Source of the DNA: an uncultured Acidobacteriota bacterium
GTDB taxonomy: Bacteria > Acidobacteriota > Thermoanaerobaculia > UBA5066
Assembly: GCA_963779415.1 (NCBI GenBank)
Contig: CAVZYA010000002.1
Coordinates: 1,536,001 to 1,600,000, forward strand
DNA length: 64,000 bases
Reading direction: 5' to 3'
Position numbers and translations under genes: made by a program. Under the pieces are notes generated by a model. That model did no database searches and was not told the DNA's origin. It saw nothing but the letters and a program-made list of their open reading frames with translations. Each line of letters opens with the position of its first letter. The stretch's first letter is position 1. Shown here one piece after another: positions 30,996-40,812 of this stretch.

Positions 30996-31583
30996 CTATT
31001 TTATATTATAGGTGGTCGTGCCGAGCAGCCGGCGGATCTTCCCGAGCGCCCGCGTGGCGCCGGGCTCGTCCATGAGCCGCTCGGCCTCGTCGAGAGAGAA
31101 CCAGCGGAGGTCCAGTGACTCGGCGGCGTCCCGGAGGATGGCGTCGGGGGTCCGCGTGGCGAGCGCGTAGCGGACGTCGTGGTGCCGGTGCGCCGGCTGG
31201 TCCGGCCGCGCCGGGATCCCGTGGACGTCGAGGTCGAGAATCCCGGGAGAAAGGAACGTCAGGTCCCCGAGGCCGGATTCCTCGGCTCCCTCGCGGAGCG
31301 CCGTCGCGGCCGGGTCGTGCTCGCCTTCGTCGTGCCCTCCCATCTGGAGCCAGGCGCCGAGGCGGCGGTGATGGTGCAGGAGGAGCGCTCCGGTGTCCGG
31401 CCGGACGATGAAGGCGCTGCCGGTGACGTGTCCGGGAGCCCAGGTCATCCGCGCAAAGCAGGCGGGCTCCGTCTCGACGAGGGCGAGGATGGCGTCTCGG
31501 TGCGCGGCCTCTGCGGCGTCGAGAGGCAGAAGGTCCCGGAGGGCCTCGGCGAGGCGGGTGCGCGCCGGGTCGGGGCGGATCAC
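30996..31583 (-). CDS. NUDIX hydrolase
   Basis: GHVTGSA, WLQMGGH...ALREGAEESGL, HHDVRY. Confidence 0.88.
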   Translation of the reverse strand: MIRPDPARTRLAEALRDLLPLDAAEAAHRDAILALVETEPACFARMTWAPGHVTGSAFIVRPDTGALLLHHHRRLGAWLQMGGHDEGEHDPAATALREGAEESGLGDLTFLSPGILDLDVHGIPARPDQPAHRHHDVRYALATRTPDAILRDAAESLDLRWFSLDEAERLMDEPGATRALGKIRRLLGTTTYNIK

Positions 31584-31618
31584 GCCCTCGACCTTAGCAG
31601 CCCCGTCCGCTTTGCGGC

Positions 31619-32200
31619 ATGATCCTGCCGATGCACGCCCCGTTCGACCGTCCTCTCGTGGCCGTTTTCTGCGGTGCGCATTCGGGACTCTCGACACGCC
31701 ATGCCGAGGACGCGGCCGCCGTGGGGCGGGCCATCGCGCGAGCCGGCGCGGGGCTCATCTTCGGCGGGGGACGGGTCGGTCTCATGGGGGCGCTCGCGGA
31801 CGCGGCCCTCGAAGAAGGGGCGCCGGTCTGGGGAGTCATCCCGGCCGGGCTCGAAAAGAAGGAGATGGCCCATCCCGGCTGCACGCGGCTGGACGTCGTC
31901 GCCACGATGCACGAGCGGAAGCAGCGGATGGCCGACGCAGCCTCGGGGTTCATCGCGCTCGCGGGGGGCTTCGGCACGCTCGACGAGTTCTTCGAGATCG
32001 TCACGTGGCGGCATCTCGGACACCACACCCGCCCGATCATCCTCTTCAACGGCTCCGGCTTCTGGGACCCTCTCCTCTCGGCGGTTTCGAGAATGGCCGA
32101 GGAGTGCTTCATCCGCGACGCCGGGGAGCACTTCACGGTGGCGACGACCGCCGAGGACGCCGTGACCCGGGCGCTCGCCGAATGGGACGGCGGCGCGTAG
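31619..32200 (+). CDS. LOG family nucleotide phosphoribohydrolase
   Basis: VFCGA, GGGRVGLMG, MHERK, AGGFGTLDEFFE. Confidence 0.92.
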   Translation: MILPMHAPFDRPLVAVFCGAHSGLSTRHAEDAAAVGRAIARAGAGLIFGGGRVGLMGALADAALEEGAPVWGVIPAGLEKKEMAHPGCTRLDVVATMHERKQRMADAASGFIALAGGFGTLDEFFEIVTWRHLGHHTRPIILFNGSGFWDPLLSAVSRMAEECFIRDAGEHFTVATTAEDAVTRALAEWDGGA

Positions 32201-34230
32201 GCCGGGCGGCGGTTCCCGCGCCGTCGCGCTCTCCCGGCCGGAACCGTCTCCTTGCCGCCGCGGCGGCGGCGGTCTTTCTCGTCGTGGCGGGGACGGCCGA
32301 GGAGCGAACGTTCGGAACCGTCTCCGACGAGCAGCAGATGCTCTATTCGGCCATCTCGCTCGCGACGTTCGGGGAGGTGGGGATCGGCCGCGGCCAGATC
32401 TTCGGCGTGACGCGGCCGGCGGGGGACGCGGTCTCCCCCTACGGGATGGGGCTGGCGCTCCTCGAGGTTCCGTTTGCATTCGTGGCCCGGCCTTTCGAGA
32501 CGGCGTTCGGGGAGCACGCCTCCCAGACGCTCTTCGTCTTCCTGCAGGTTCTCCTCGTGACGGCGGCGTCGGCGATGGCCGGGCTTCTCGCCCGCGGGCT
32601 CGGCGCGGGGCGCTTCGGCGAAATGCTGGCCGTCTTCGCGACGGGGCTTTCGTCGCCTCTCTGGGCGTATCCGGCCTGCGGATTTTCGGAGCCCCTGCAG
32701 GCGGCCTGCTTCGCCGGCGCGGCGGGGCTTTCGATTCTCGCCGGAGGGCGGGCCGGAAAGGGTGAGAAGCCTGCCTCGCTCCGCCTCGCCGCCGGGGCGG
32801 GCTTCCTCGCCGGCTGGGCGCTTCTGACGAAGGGAGTGAACGCTCCCTTTGCGGCACTCCTCCTCGTGCCGCTTCTTTTCGACGCGGAGGGGCGCTTCGC
32901 GTTGCGGCCGCGCCTTTCCCTCGCGGCCGCGGCCGCGGCGGGCGCGTTTCTTCCGTCCGTCGCCTGGCTCGCTTTCGAGATCGCCCGCTTCGGCCGCCCG
33001 TTCGCCTCCTACTCGACGCAGCGCTTCACGCACGATCTCGTCGACGGGCTCTGGCGGCTTCTCGTCGGGCCGAACAAGGGGCTTCTCTTCTACTTCCCGC
33101 TCCTCCCCCTCGCCGTCGCCGGCCTCGCCGTATGCGTGCGGCAGAGACGGACGCGCGCCGCCGGCCTTGCGCTTTCCGCGGTCGGCGCCGGGACATGGCT
33201 CCTCTACGCCGGCTGGTGGGCGTGGGACGGAAGCCACGGATGGGGACCGCGGTTTCTCGTCCCGCTTCTCCCTCTCCTCGCGGCGCCGGCCGGCCTCGCC
33301 GCGGAGAGGTCGAAGGGATTCCGCGTCGCCGCGCTCCTTCTTGGAGGTGCCGGAGTCCTCGTGAACCTCCTCGGCGTCCTCGTGGTGGAAGCGGCTTCGG
33401 GGCACTACATCGGATCGACCGGGGGAGTGGCGGTGAGCCGCGAGGAGTTCGAGAGCTTCCCGGCTTCCTTCCGCGAGGCGACGCGGCAGAAGGAGAGGGT
33501 CCTTCCGCGAAACCAGGTCGCCCGGTACGACGCCGCCTTCGCGCCGATCCCGCTTCACTTCTGGCTTCTTCGCCAGCGCCTCGCCGCCTCGGACCCGGCG
33601 GACCTCGCCCGGCGGCTGGAGTCGCCGCCGTGGCTCGCCTCGCATCCCGACGCCAGGCCGCACGTCCCGGCGTCGACGCTCCTCCTCACCACCTTCACGC
33701 CGCTCGCGAACTATCTCGTGGCTCCCTTTCGCTGGCCCCACCTCGGAATGGCGGTCGCGCGGCGGGACGACGAGCCGGCGGGGACCTTCAACAACGCCTG
33801 GCGGAACGGCATCGCGGATCAGGTCTTCCGCAACCTCGACATCGGCCGGGCCGAAAGGGCGGCTCCGCTCGCCCTGTTCCTGCACGAGCAGCTCCCCTCG
33901 GGGTTCTCGGCGGCCGTCTACGCGGAGACCCTCCGCGCGTCCCGTCGCCCCGACGAGGCGCGGATCTTCCTTCGCTCCATCCCGGAGCGCGCCCTTGCCG
34001 CGCCCGCGGTGAACCTCGTCCGGGCGCTCCTCGCGCGCGACGACGGGGACGAGGAGCAGGCACGCGCCTTTCTGAGGGCCGCGGCCGCGAGTTATCCGAC
34101 CCCGGCCGTCCAGCAGGCGCTCCACGCCCCCGTTTCCGATTGGCCCGCCTCGCTTCGACTCTTCCTGACCGACGTCCCCGACGCCGGGTCGGAGCCGCGT
34201 CGTGGCGGGTCCGGGCGTCCGGTAAGATGA
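32182..34230 (+). CDS. GT-C-like polytopic membrane glycosyltransferase
   Basis: SDE motif after first TM, FSEP, KGLLFYFP, WDGSHGWGPRFLVP; start uncertain. Confidence 0.6.
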   Translation: MGRRRVGRAAVPAPSRSPGRNRLLAAAAAAVFLVVAGTAEERTFGTVSDEQQMLYSAISLATFGEVGIGRGQIFGVTRPAGDAVSPYGMGLALLEVPFAFVARPFETAFGEHASQTLFVFLQVLLVTAASAMAGLLARGLGAGRFGEMLAVFATGLSSPLWAYPACGFSEPLQAACFAGAAGLSILAGGRAGKGEKPASLRLAAGAGFLAGWALLTKGVNAPFAALLLVPLLFDAEGRFALRPRLSLAAAAAAGAFLPSVAWLAFEIARFGRPFASYSTQRFTHDLVDGLWRLLVGPNKGLLFYFPLLPLAVAGLAVCVRQRRTRAAGLALSAVGAGTWLLYAGWWAWDGSHGWGPRFLVPLLPLLAAPAGLAAERSKGFRVAALLLGGAGVLVNLLGVLVVEAASGHYIGSTGGVAVSREEFESFPASFREATRQKERVLPRNQVARYDAAFAPIPLHFWLLRQRLAASDPADLARRLESPPWLASHPDARPHVPASTLLLTTFTPLANYLVAPFRWPHLGMAVARRDDEPAGTFNNAWRNGIADQVFRNLDIGRAERAAPLALFLHEQLPSGFSAAVYAETLRASRRPDEARIFLRSIPERALAAPAVNLVRALLARDDGDEEQARAFLRAAAASYPTPAVQQALHAPVSDWPASLRLFLTDVPDAGSEPRRGGSGRPVR

Positions 34231-34234
34231 CGAG

Positions 34235-34735
34235 GTGTTGAGACGCGTTCTTCTCGAGGTGGCCGTCGCCTCGCTCCTCCTCGCCGCCTCCACGGGTCTG
34301 GCCAGCGGAAAGTCGGGCGGCCCGAGATGGCGGGGGATCCCGGAAGGCGAGGCCGAGGCGAAGAGGAGCGGCAAGCCGGCCCTCTATTTCTTCACCGCCG
34401 ACTGGTGCGGTCCCTGCCATACGATCGAAAAAGAGGTCTTCGCGGATCCGAAGGTGGCCGCGACCGTCGAAGAGCTCTACGTTCCCATCCTCTGCCGGGA
34501 CCGCTATCGGGAAGAGGGAGCGAATCCCCCGGGTTTCGACGAGCTTGCGCGGCTCTTCGGGCTCCGGGCCTTCCCGACGCTCGTCGTCGCGCGGCCGGGG
34601 ACGAAAAAGGGGCTCCGGCTGACCGGCTGGGCGGGAGCCGACGAAACGCGCGAATTCCTCGACGTGGCCGCGAGCCGTCTCAGGAAAGCCGAGGCCGGGG
34701 CCGCGAAGGCCGGAGCGGGAGGAGAAGAGCCATGA
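34235..34735 (+). CDS. Secreted thioredoxin-family protein
   Basis: Signal peptide, FTADWCGPC, FPT. Confidence 0.88.
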   Translation: MLRRVLLEVAVASLLLAASTGLASGKSGGPRWRGIPEGEAEAKRSGKPALYFFTADWCGPCHTIEKEVFADPKVAATVEELYVPILCRDRYREEGANPPGFDELARLFGLRAFPTLVVARPGTKKGLRLTGWAGADETREFLDVAASRLRKAEAGAAKAGAGGEEP

Positions 34736-34962
34736 GCACGAAGATCCGGATCCGGAACAACGGCCCGCTCGTCGTGGAGGGAGAGGTGACTCTCCTGGAC
34801 GCGGCGGAGACGCCCTTCGGCCTCGGCGGGCGGATGACGGTCAGCCTCTGCCGCTGCGGGCACTCGGCGAACAAACCCTTCTGCGACGGCTCGCACCGGA
34901 CACAGGGGTTCGCGGACTCGTGCGCCGCGAGGGATCTCCCGCCTCCGGCGCCGAAGCCCTGA
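34732..34962 (+). CDS. CDGSH iron-sulfur domain protein
   Basis: NGPL, LCRCGHSANKPFCDGSH. Confidence 0.93.
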   Translation: MSTKIRIRNNGPLVVEGEVTLLDAAETPFGLGGRMTVSLCRCGHSANKPFCDGSHRTQGFADSCAARDLPPPAPKP

Positions 34963-34965
34963 CGG

Positions 34966-36042
34966 CTACTGCGCCCCGACGCGGAAATTGATCACGTCGC
35001 CGTCGGCGACGACGTAGTCCTTTCCCTCCAGCCGGAACGAACCGTGCGCCCGGCAGGCCGCGAGCGAGCCCGCCTCCATCAGCTTCTCGAACGGAACGAC
35101 CTCCGCGCGGATGAACGTCCGCTCGAAGTCGGTGTGGATGACGCCGGCGGCCTTGACCGCGTGCGTCCCGCGCGGGATCGACCAGGCCCGGCACTCGTCC
35201 TCGCCCGCCGTCAGGAACGAGACGAGACCGAGGAGGTCGTAGGCGGCGCGAAGCAGCCGGTCGAGCGCCCGGTCGGGAAGGCCCAGCCCTTTCAGGAACT
35301 CCACCTGGTCCTCGGGCGACATCGCCGCGATCTCCTGCTCGATCGTCGCCGAGACCGCGGAGAAGCCGACCCGCGGCTCGCCTTTCCACTTGTCGAACCT
35401 CGCCCGCGCGATCGCGCCGGGAAGGTCCCCGGCGTCCTTCTCGTCGGCGTTCAGGATGACGAGCATCGGCTTTGCGGTCAGAAGGCCGAAGCCGCGGACC
35501 AGCTTCACCTCGTCCGGCGTCGGCTCGAAGCGGCGGAGCGCCTCCCCCTTTTCCAGCGTCGCCTTGTAGCGGGTCAGAAGCTCCCTCTCGGCCTCCAGCT
35601 CGGGCGTCTTCTTCTTCTGGATGTCCTTCACGACGCGGTCGAGCCGGTTCGTGACGACAGAGAGGTCCGACAGGAGCATCTCGGTCTCCAGGAGCTCGAG
35701 GTCGCGCGCCGGGTCGATCGAGCCTTCGGGGTGCGGGACCGCGTCGGACCCGAAGCCCCGTACGACGACGGCGAGGCCGTCCATCTGGCGCAGCTCAGGG
35801 AGGTTGAGGCTCTGCGCGCCCCCCTTCACGACGCCGGGGACGTCGACGAAGCGGACCGTGGCCGGGGTCTGCTTCTTCGGCTTGAACATCGCCGTCAGCC
35901 GGTCGAGGCGCGGGTCGGGGACGTGGGCGATCCCGACGTGCGCCTCCCGTTTGTGCGGCGCGACGGCGGTGACGTGTCCGGTCAACAGGGAGAAGAGCGT
36001 CGTCTTCCCGGAGAGCTCGAGGCCGAAGATTCCGAATTCCAT
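34966..36042 (-). CDS. ychF: Redox-regulated ATPase YchF
   Basis: GKTTLF, DPRLDRL, FLTAGEDECRAW, AGVIHTDF, RLEGKDYVVADGD. Confidence 0.93.
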   Translation of the reverse strand: MEFGIFGLELSGKTTLFSLLTGHVTAVAPHKREAHVGIAHVPDPRLDRLTAMFKPKKQTPATVRFVDVPGVVKGGAQSLNLPELRQMDGLAVVVRGFGSDAVPHPEGSIDPARDLELLETEMLLSDLSVVTNRLDRVVKDIQKKKTPELEAERELLTRYKATLEKGEALRRFEPTPDEVKLVRGFGLLTAKPMLVILNADEKDAGDLPGAIARARFDKWKGEPRVGFSAVSATIEQEIAAMSPEDQVEFLKGLGLPDRALDRLLRAAYDLLGLVSFLTAGEDECRAWSIPRGTHAVKAAGVIHTDFERTFIRAEVVPFEKLMEAGSLAACRAHGSFRLEGKDYVVADGDVINFRVGAQ

Positions 36043-36075
36043 GGCCGGATTCTCCCCCGGAGCTACGATTCCCGC

Positions 36076-37227
36076 ATGCCTCGACCACCACGCGTCTCGT
36101 CACCGGTCTCGGAGATCAAGGGCTCCGTCTACACCAAGCTCCTCCACAGGCTCGCCGCGCACCGGGGCGAGATCTATCCCTTCCACGTCGGAGACACATG
36201 GCGCGAGCCGCCGAAAGGGTGCGCCATGGAGGATCTCCGCGCGGCCGACCACCCGCACCTCAACCGTTACACGCCGCCGCAGGGGCTGCCGGAACTCGTC
36301 GACGCGCTCGTCGAGCGGGTCCGCGCCCGGACCGGCGTCGCCATCGAGAGGAGCCAGCTCGTCGTCACCGGCGGTGCCACGGCGGGCCTCTCGAACGCCG
36401 TCGGGGCGGTGGCCGAGGCGGGAGACGAGGTGCTCCTCCTGTCGCCGCACTGGCCCCTCATCGACGGGATCTGCCGCAGTTTCGGCGCGCGTCCCGTCGA
36501 AGTGCCGTTCTTCGGCGTGGCCGAATCCCCGGAGTCGGTGGTCGAGGCCGTGGAGAGAGAGCTCGGACCGCGGACCGTGGCGCTCTACCTCAACACGCCG
36601 AACAACCCGTCCGGACGCGTCATCCCGCGGGAGTCGCTCGAGGCCCTGGTCGAGTTCGCCCGCCGGGAGAGCCTCTGGCTCCTCTTCGACGACGTCTACG
36701 AGGACTACCAGTACGAGGGAGAACACGCTTACGGCCTGTCGCTCGCGCCCGAGCGGGCCTTCACCGCCTGCTCTTTCTCGAAGGCGTTCGGCATGGCAGG
36801 CTACCGTTGCGGCTGGCTCGTGGGGCCGCCCGCCCCGATGGAGGGGGCGCTCAAGCTCCACACGCACAACGTCTACAGTGCGCCGACCGCCTCGCAGGTG
36901 GCGGCGCTTCGCGTCCTTTCGGGCGCCGGAGAGGCGTGGCTCTCGGAGAGCCGCGCGCTCTACGCCGAGACGGGGCGAAAGGCCGCGAAACGCCTCGGCG
37001 TGGCGCCTCCCGAAGGGTCGACCTTTCTCTTCCTCGACGTGGCCGAGGCTCTCGGGGACGGCGGTCTCGAGACGTTCCTCGAAGGGTGCGCCGACGACGG
37101 CCTCTTCCTGGCTCCCGGCCCGAGCTTCGGGCCCTATCCGACGCACGTCCGCGTCTGCTACACGGCCGCTCCACCGGAAGTCGTGATGCGCGGTATCGAG
37201 ATTCTCGCGCGGCGGCTCGGACGCTGA
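36076..37227 (+). CDS. PLP-dependent aminotransferase class I/II
   Basis: NTPNNPSG, DDVY, SFSKAFGMAGYRCG. Confidence 0.9.
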   Translation: MPRPPRVSSPVSEIKGSVYTKLLHRLAAHRGEIYPFHVGDTWREPPKGCAMEDLRAADHPHLNRYTPPQGLPELVDALVERVRARTGVAIERSQLVVTGGATAGLSNAVGAVAEAGDEVLLLSPHWPLIDGICRSFGARPVEVPFFGVAESPESVVEAVERELGPRTVALYLNTPNNPSGRVIPRESLEALVEFARRESLWLLFDDVYEDYQYEGEHAYGLSLAPERAFTACSFSKAFGMAGYRCGWLVGPPAPMEGALKLHTHNVYSAPTASQVAALRVLSGAGEAWLSESRALYAETGRKAAKRLGVAPPEGSTFLFLDVAEALGDGGLETFLEGCADDGLFLAPGPSFGPYPTHVRVCYTAAPPEVVMRGIEILARRLGR

Positions 37228-37300
37228 ACGGGCGGGCTTCGGCCAGGCCCCGGAGAGACCTTTCGTGACAAAACGTCGAGGCCCGGACGACTAGGAGAGC

Positions 37301-37888
37301 GTGGTCCCTTTGACAGAGGACGTTCCCGGGCGCGCCGCAGGATTCTCCGGCGAGGGGTCGGAGGAGGAGTGGAAGCGACTCTTCGGGGATCTGGCGGAGG
37401 GAGACGCCATCGCCATGGAAGCCCTCTACGACGCGGGGTCTCGCCCGGTCTTCGGCATCGCGCTTTGGCGAACGGGGTCGGTCGAGGACGCCAGGGACGT
37501 CGTGCAGGAGGTGTTTCTCCGCATCGTCAGCTCTCGCCGTCGCCTCGTGTCGGTCGATGAACCGAGGGCATGGCTCCTTTCGCTGGCCCACCACGTTTCG
37601 GTCGACTTCGTCCGCGGACGGAAACGCCGGGCGGCGCGGAGCCTGGACGACGTCCCCTTTCTCGTCGCGCCGGCGGGCGACGTCTCCCGCGAGGTCGAGG
37701 CTCGCCGCGCCTCGGCGCTCCTGACGAAGCTTCCCGACGAACAGCGCGAGGCGGTCTGGCTGAAGCACTTCGGGGAGTGCACGTTCGCGGCGATAGGACG
37801 GATCACCGGCGTGCCGACGTTCACGGCTGCAAGCCGCTACCGCCTCGGCGTGGAGAAGCTGCGCCGCCTGATGGAGGGGAGCCGATGA
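37301..37888 (+). CDS. ECF sigma factor
   Basis: DARDVVQEVF, TFAAIGRITGVPTFTAASRYRLG. Confidence 0.88.
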   Translation: MVPLTEDVPGRAAGFSGEGSEEEWKRLFGDLAEGDAIAMEALYDAGSRPVFGIALWRTGSVEDARDVVQEVFLRIVSSRRRLVSVDEPRAWLLSLAHHVSVDFVRGRKRRAARSLDDVPFLVAPAGDVSREVEARRASALLTKLPDEQREAVWLKHFGECTFAAIGRITGVPTFTAASRYRLGVEKLRRLMEGSR

Positions 37889-38310
37889 GTCACGGCCGGC
37901 CACCCGACGATTTCCCGTTCTCCGGCCTTGCGCCTCCGGACCCGCCCGCGGAGCTGCGGGGAAGGGTGCTCGCTCTGGCCCGGGAGGCCCTCGCGGAGCC
38001 GGCCGCGCCCGACGTCTGGACGCGTATCTGGGAAAGTCGGCCTCTTCGTATCGCCTGGGCCGTCGCCGCCGCTCTTCTCGTCCTGGCGAATGTCGGCGCC
38101 AGCGTCAGGCGCCCGTCCGGCGCGGCGGTCGTCTCCCGATCCGCCGCCAGGACCGGGACGGAAGCCGAGAAACAGGCGGCCCGGGAGCTCTCGGCCCTCG
38201 TCGCGCTTCCGCCCATCGATGAGACCGTCCAGCCGCTCGTCGGTCGCGCGGCGGCGGAGGCATCGTCTCCCGAGAGAAAGCCCGCGACTTCCGGAGGAGG
38301 AATGTCATGA
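37885..38310 (+). CDS. Putative single-TM anti-sigma factor
   Basis: ATGA overlap with the ECF gene; PPAELRGRVL followed by one TM helix. Confidence 0.6.
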   Translation: MSHGRPPDDFPFSGLAPPDPPAELRGRVLALAREALAEPAAPDVWTRIWESRPLRIAWAVAAALLVLANVGASVRRPSGAAVVSRSAARTGTEAEKQAARELSALVALPPIDETVQPLVGRAAAEASSPERKPATSGGGMS

Positions 38311-39455
38311 GATCGCTGATCAAAGGTCGTCCTGCCGTCTTCGTTCTCTCGGCCGGAGGAGTCCTCGTGGGGCTCGCCGCCCTCCTCGTCATCCGGGTCG
38401 CGTCGGGGGCACGGCCCGACGAGCCGCGGAGGGAGGTTCTGGCGGCCCGCTCCGCCGGGGCCGAGGCGCCGCCACCGCGTGGGGAGGTGCCGCCGCCGCA
38501 TGCCATCGACATCGCGACGCTCTCGGTTCCCTGCTGGTCGTGCGAAGAAGCGCGCAACTCCTGGCCGCTCCGTTTCCGGACGGACCTCGACCTGCTCGCA
38601 CCTCTCGGAAACGGAACCGCCAACGCGGCCGTCTGGTTCAAGGACTTTGCGAAGCCGAACGGACGGCGCCTCGTCGAGGCCACCGCGGCGCTCGAGCGGC
38701 GGATCGAAGGCCCTCCGGGTTTCGGACAAGTCCTGCCTCCGGACGATCCGCTTCTCAAGGAGGCCGAGCCGTGGTGCGATCAGGCCACGATGCGCTTCTA
38801 CCCGGAGATCTTCGAAATGAAGGCCTGGGAGACGCAGGTTCCGAACCTCCTCGTTCCGATGAATTTCGCGCGATCGTGGGTTGCGCGCGGCGAGACGGAG
38901 AAAGACCCGGACAAGGCCATGGCCGATTTCCGGCGCACGATCCGGCTCGGGCGGCTCCTCCGGCAGGAGGACATCATCGTCGTCAGCGACCTCGTCGGCC
39001 TCGCGTGCATCCGGATCGGGGCGGAGGGGATCTATCGCAGGGCGGCGAAGCTCGGGGACCTTCGCCTCATGCTGGTCGCGGCGATCGTGGCGGGCGAGGC
39101 GGCGCCCCAGAGGCTCCTGACCTCCGAGCGCCTGACGCGGACCGACGTCTCGCCGTTCCTCCGGACGGATGGAGCCGGGAAGACGGTCCTCGACCTTCCC
39201 GACAAGAAGCTGGACGACCTCCTCGAGGCGGCCACGGCGAGTCCCGACGTCCGGCTGCGCGGCGAGGCGCTTCTCGAGATGAACGTCGTGCGGTTCCTCG
39301 GGACCCCCGGGCAGAAGGAGAAGGTCCTCGCCGTTCTCAACCGGGTGGCCGCCGGCGGAACGGGACCTCTCTCTCGCCTTGCAGTCTGGAGTCGCGACAC
39401 GGTACCGACGGAGGAGTCCCTGGCGGCGATCCGAACGCCGATACCGGGGCGCTGA
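38307..39455 (+). CDS. Membrane-anchored helical hypothetical protein with CxxC
   Basis: ATGA overlap, N-terminal TM, VPCWSC. Confidence 0.6.
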   Translation: MRSLIKGRPAVFVLSAGGVLVGLAALLVIRVASGARPDEPRREVLAARSAGAEAPPPRGEVPPPHAIDIATLSVPCWSCEEARNSWPLRFRTDLDLLAPLGNGTANAAVWFKDFAKPNGRRLVEATAALERRIEGPPGFGQVLPPDDPLLKEAEPWCDQATMRFYPEIFEMKAWETQVPNLLVPMNFARSWVARGETEKDPDKAMADFRRTIRLGRLLRQEDIIVVSDLVGLACIRIGAEGIYRRAAKLGDLRLMLVAAIVAGEAAPQRLLTSERLTRTDVSPFLRTDGAGKTVLDLPDKKLDDLLEAATASPDVRLRGEALLEMNVVRFLGTPGQKEKVLAVLNRVAAGGTGPLSRLAVWSRDTVPTEESLAAIRTPIPGR

Positions 39456-39470
39456 AGTGCGGGGCGGCCG

Positions 39471-40472
39471 TCAGCGGCCGCGTTCGCTGTCGAGGGTCGT
39501 CATTCCGTGGGCGTGGTAGCGGTCTCCCGCCGCGGCCCCGTGCGGAATCGCGTCCTCGATCCGCGCGAGGTCGTCGGCGGAAAGGCGGACGTCCAGGGCT
39601 CCGAGCGCCTCGGCGAGACGGTCCCTCCGGCGCGCGCCGACAAGCGGGACGATCTCTTCTCCGCGCGACAGGACCCAGGCGATCGCGGCCTGCGCCACCG
39701 TGATCTTCCTCCCGTCCGCGAACTCGCGAAGCGCCTCGACGAGCGCGAGATTCCGCTCGAGGTTCGGACCCAGGAAGCGGGGGAGGAAGCTCCGGATGTC
39801 CGTCGTTCCGCGGGCACGGTCGCTCGACCAGGTGCCGGAAAGGAGCCCGCGCGAGAGGACGCCGTAGGCGGTCACGCCGATTCCCAGCTCGCGGCAGGCG
39901 GGGAGGACCTCGGCTTCGAGGCTGCGCGAGAAGAGCGAGTACTCGATCTGCAGGTCGGCGATCGGGTGGACGGAGTGCGCGCGGCGGATCGTCTCGGCGC
40001 CCGCCTCGGAGAGACCGACGTAGCGGACGTGTCCGGCCTTCACCAGCTCCGCGATCGCCCCGATGGTCTCCTCGATCGGCACGGCGGGGTCGACGCGCGA
40101 GGGGCGGTAGATATCGACGTACTCCGTCCCGAGGCGGCGGAGCGTGTAGGAGAGGAAGTTCTTCACGGCGGCGGGGCGCGCGTCCACGCCGGTCCAGCCG
40201 CCGAACGGGTCGCGCAACGCCCCGAATTTCACGGAGAGGACGATCTTTCCGCGGTCGCGCCCGCGGATCGCCTCGCCGAGGAGCAGCTCGTTGTGCCCCA
40301 TCCCGTAGAAGTCGCCGGTATCGAGAAGGGTCACGCCGGCGTCGAGCGCGGCATGGATCGTCGCGGTGCTCTCCTCGTTATCGGACGGGCCGTAGAGATC
40401 GGACATCCCCATGCAGCCGAGGCCGATCGCCGAGACGACGGGACCGTGAGCTCCGAGCTTTCGCGTGATCAC
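39471..40472 (-). CDS. Aldo/keto reductase
   Basis: GLGCMGMS, DTGDFYG, VGLSE, QIEYSL. Confidence 0.93.
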   Translation of the reverse strand: MITRKLGAHGPVVSAIGLGCMGMSDLYGPSDNEESTATIHAALDAGVTLLDTGDFYGMGHNELLLGEAIRGRDRGKIVLSVKFGALRDPFGGWTGVDARPAAVKNFLSYTLRRLGTEYVDIYRPSRVDPAVPIEETIGAIAELVKAGHVRYVGLSEAGAETIRRAHSVHPIADLQIEYSLFSRSLEAEVLPACRELGIGVTAYGVLSRGLLSGTWSSDRARGTTDIRSFLPRFLGPNLERNLALVEALREFADGRKITVAQAAIAWVLSRGEEIVPLVGARRRDRLAEALGALDVRLSADDLARIEDAIPHGAAAGDRYHAHGMTTLDSERGR

Positions 40473-40511
40473 GGAGTTTCTCCGGGGCTCGTTCAGAAGG
40501 GCGATCGGTTC

Positions 40512-40673
40512 CTAGCTCTCTGACGGAGCGGGCGGGGCTGGCGGAGAGGGGGGAGTCACCTCTTCGGGTTTGGCGCCGGGCTTGTTCTGCCGGCGCAGCC
40601 GCTTCTCTTCCTGCTTCTTCTGCCTCGCGAGGTCCCGGAGGCGCTTTTCGTGCGAATAGTTCGGTCTTGCCAA
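40512..40673 (-). CDS. Small basic protein (53 aa), absent from the ORF track
   Basis: TTG start with GAGGA RBS; MARPNYSHEKRLRDLARQKKQEEKRLRR, recalling a widespread small Lys/Arg-rich family. Confidence 0.7.
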   Translation of the reverse strand: MARPNYSHEKRLRDLARQKKQEEKRLRRQNKPGAKPEEVTPPSPPAPPAPSES

Positions 40674-40812
40674 GGTTTCATCCTCTTCGGGCCGCGAAGA
40701 ATGCCGGGAATCGTGCGGTGCGGCTTTCCGATTCTACACCGGGGCCGATGGACGTCGCGTGACGGAGAAGGGCGGGGCGTCACCGGGGGAGACCGCCTCG
40801 GCCCTCCCGGGC

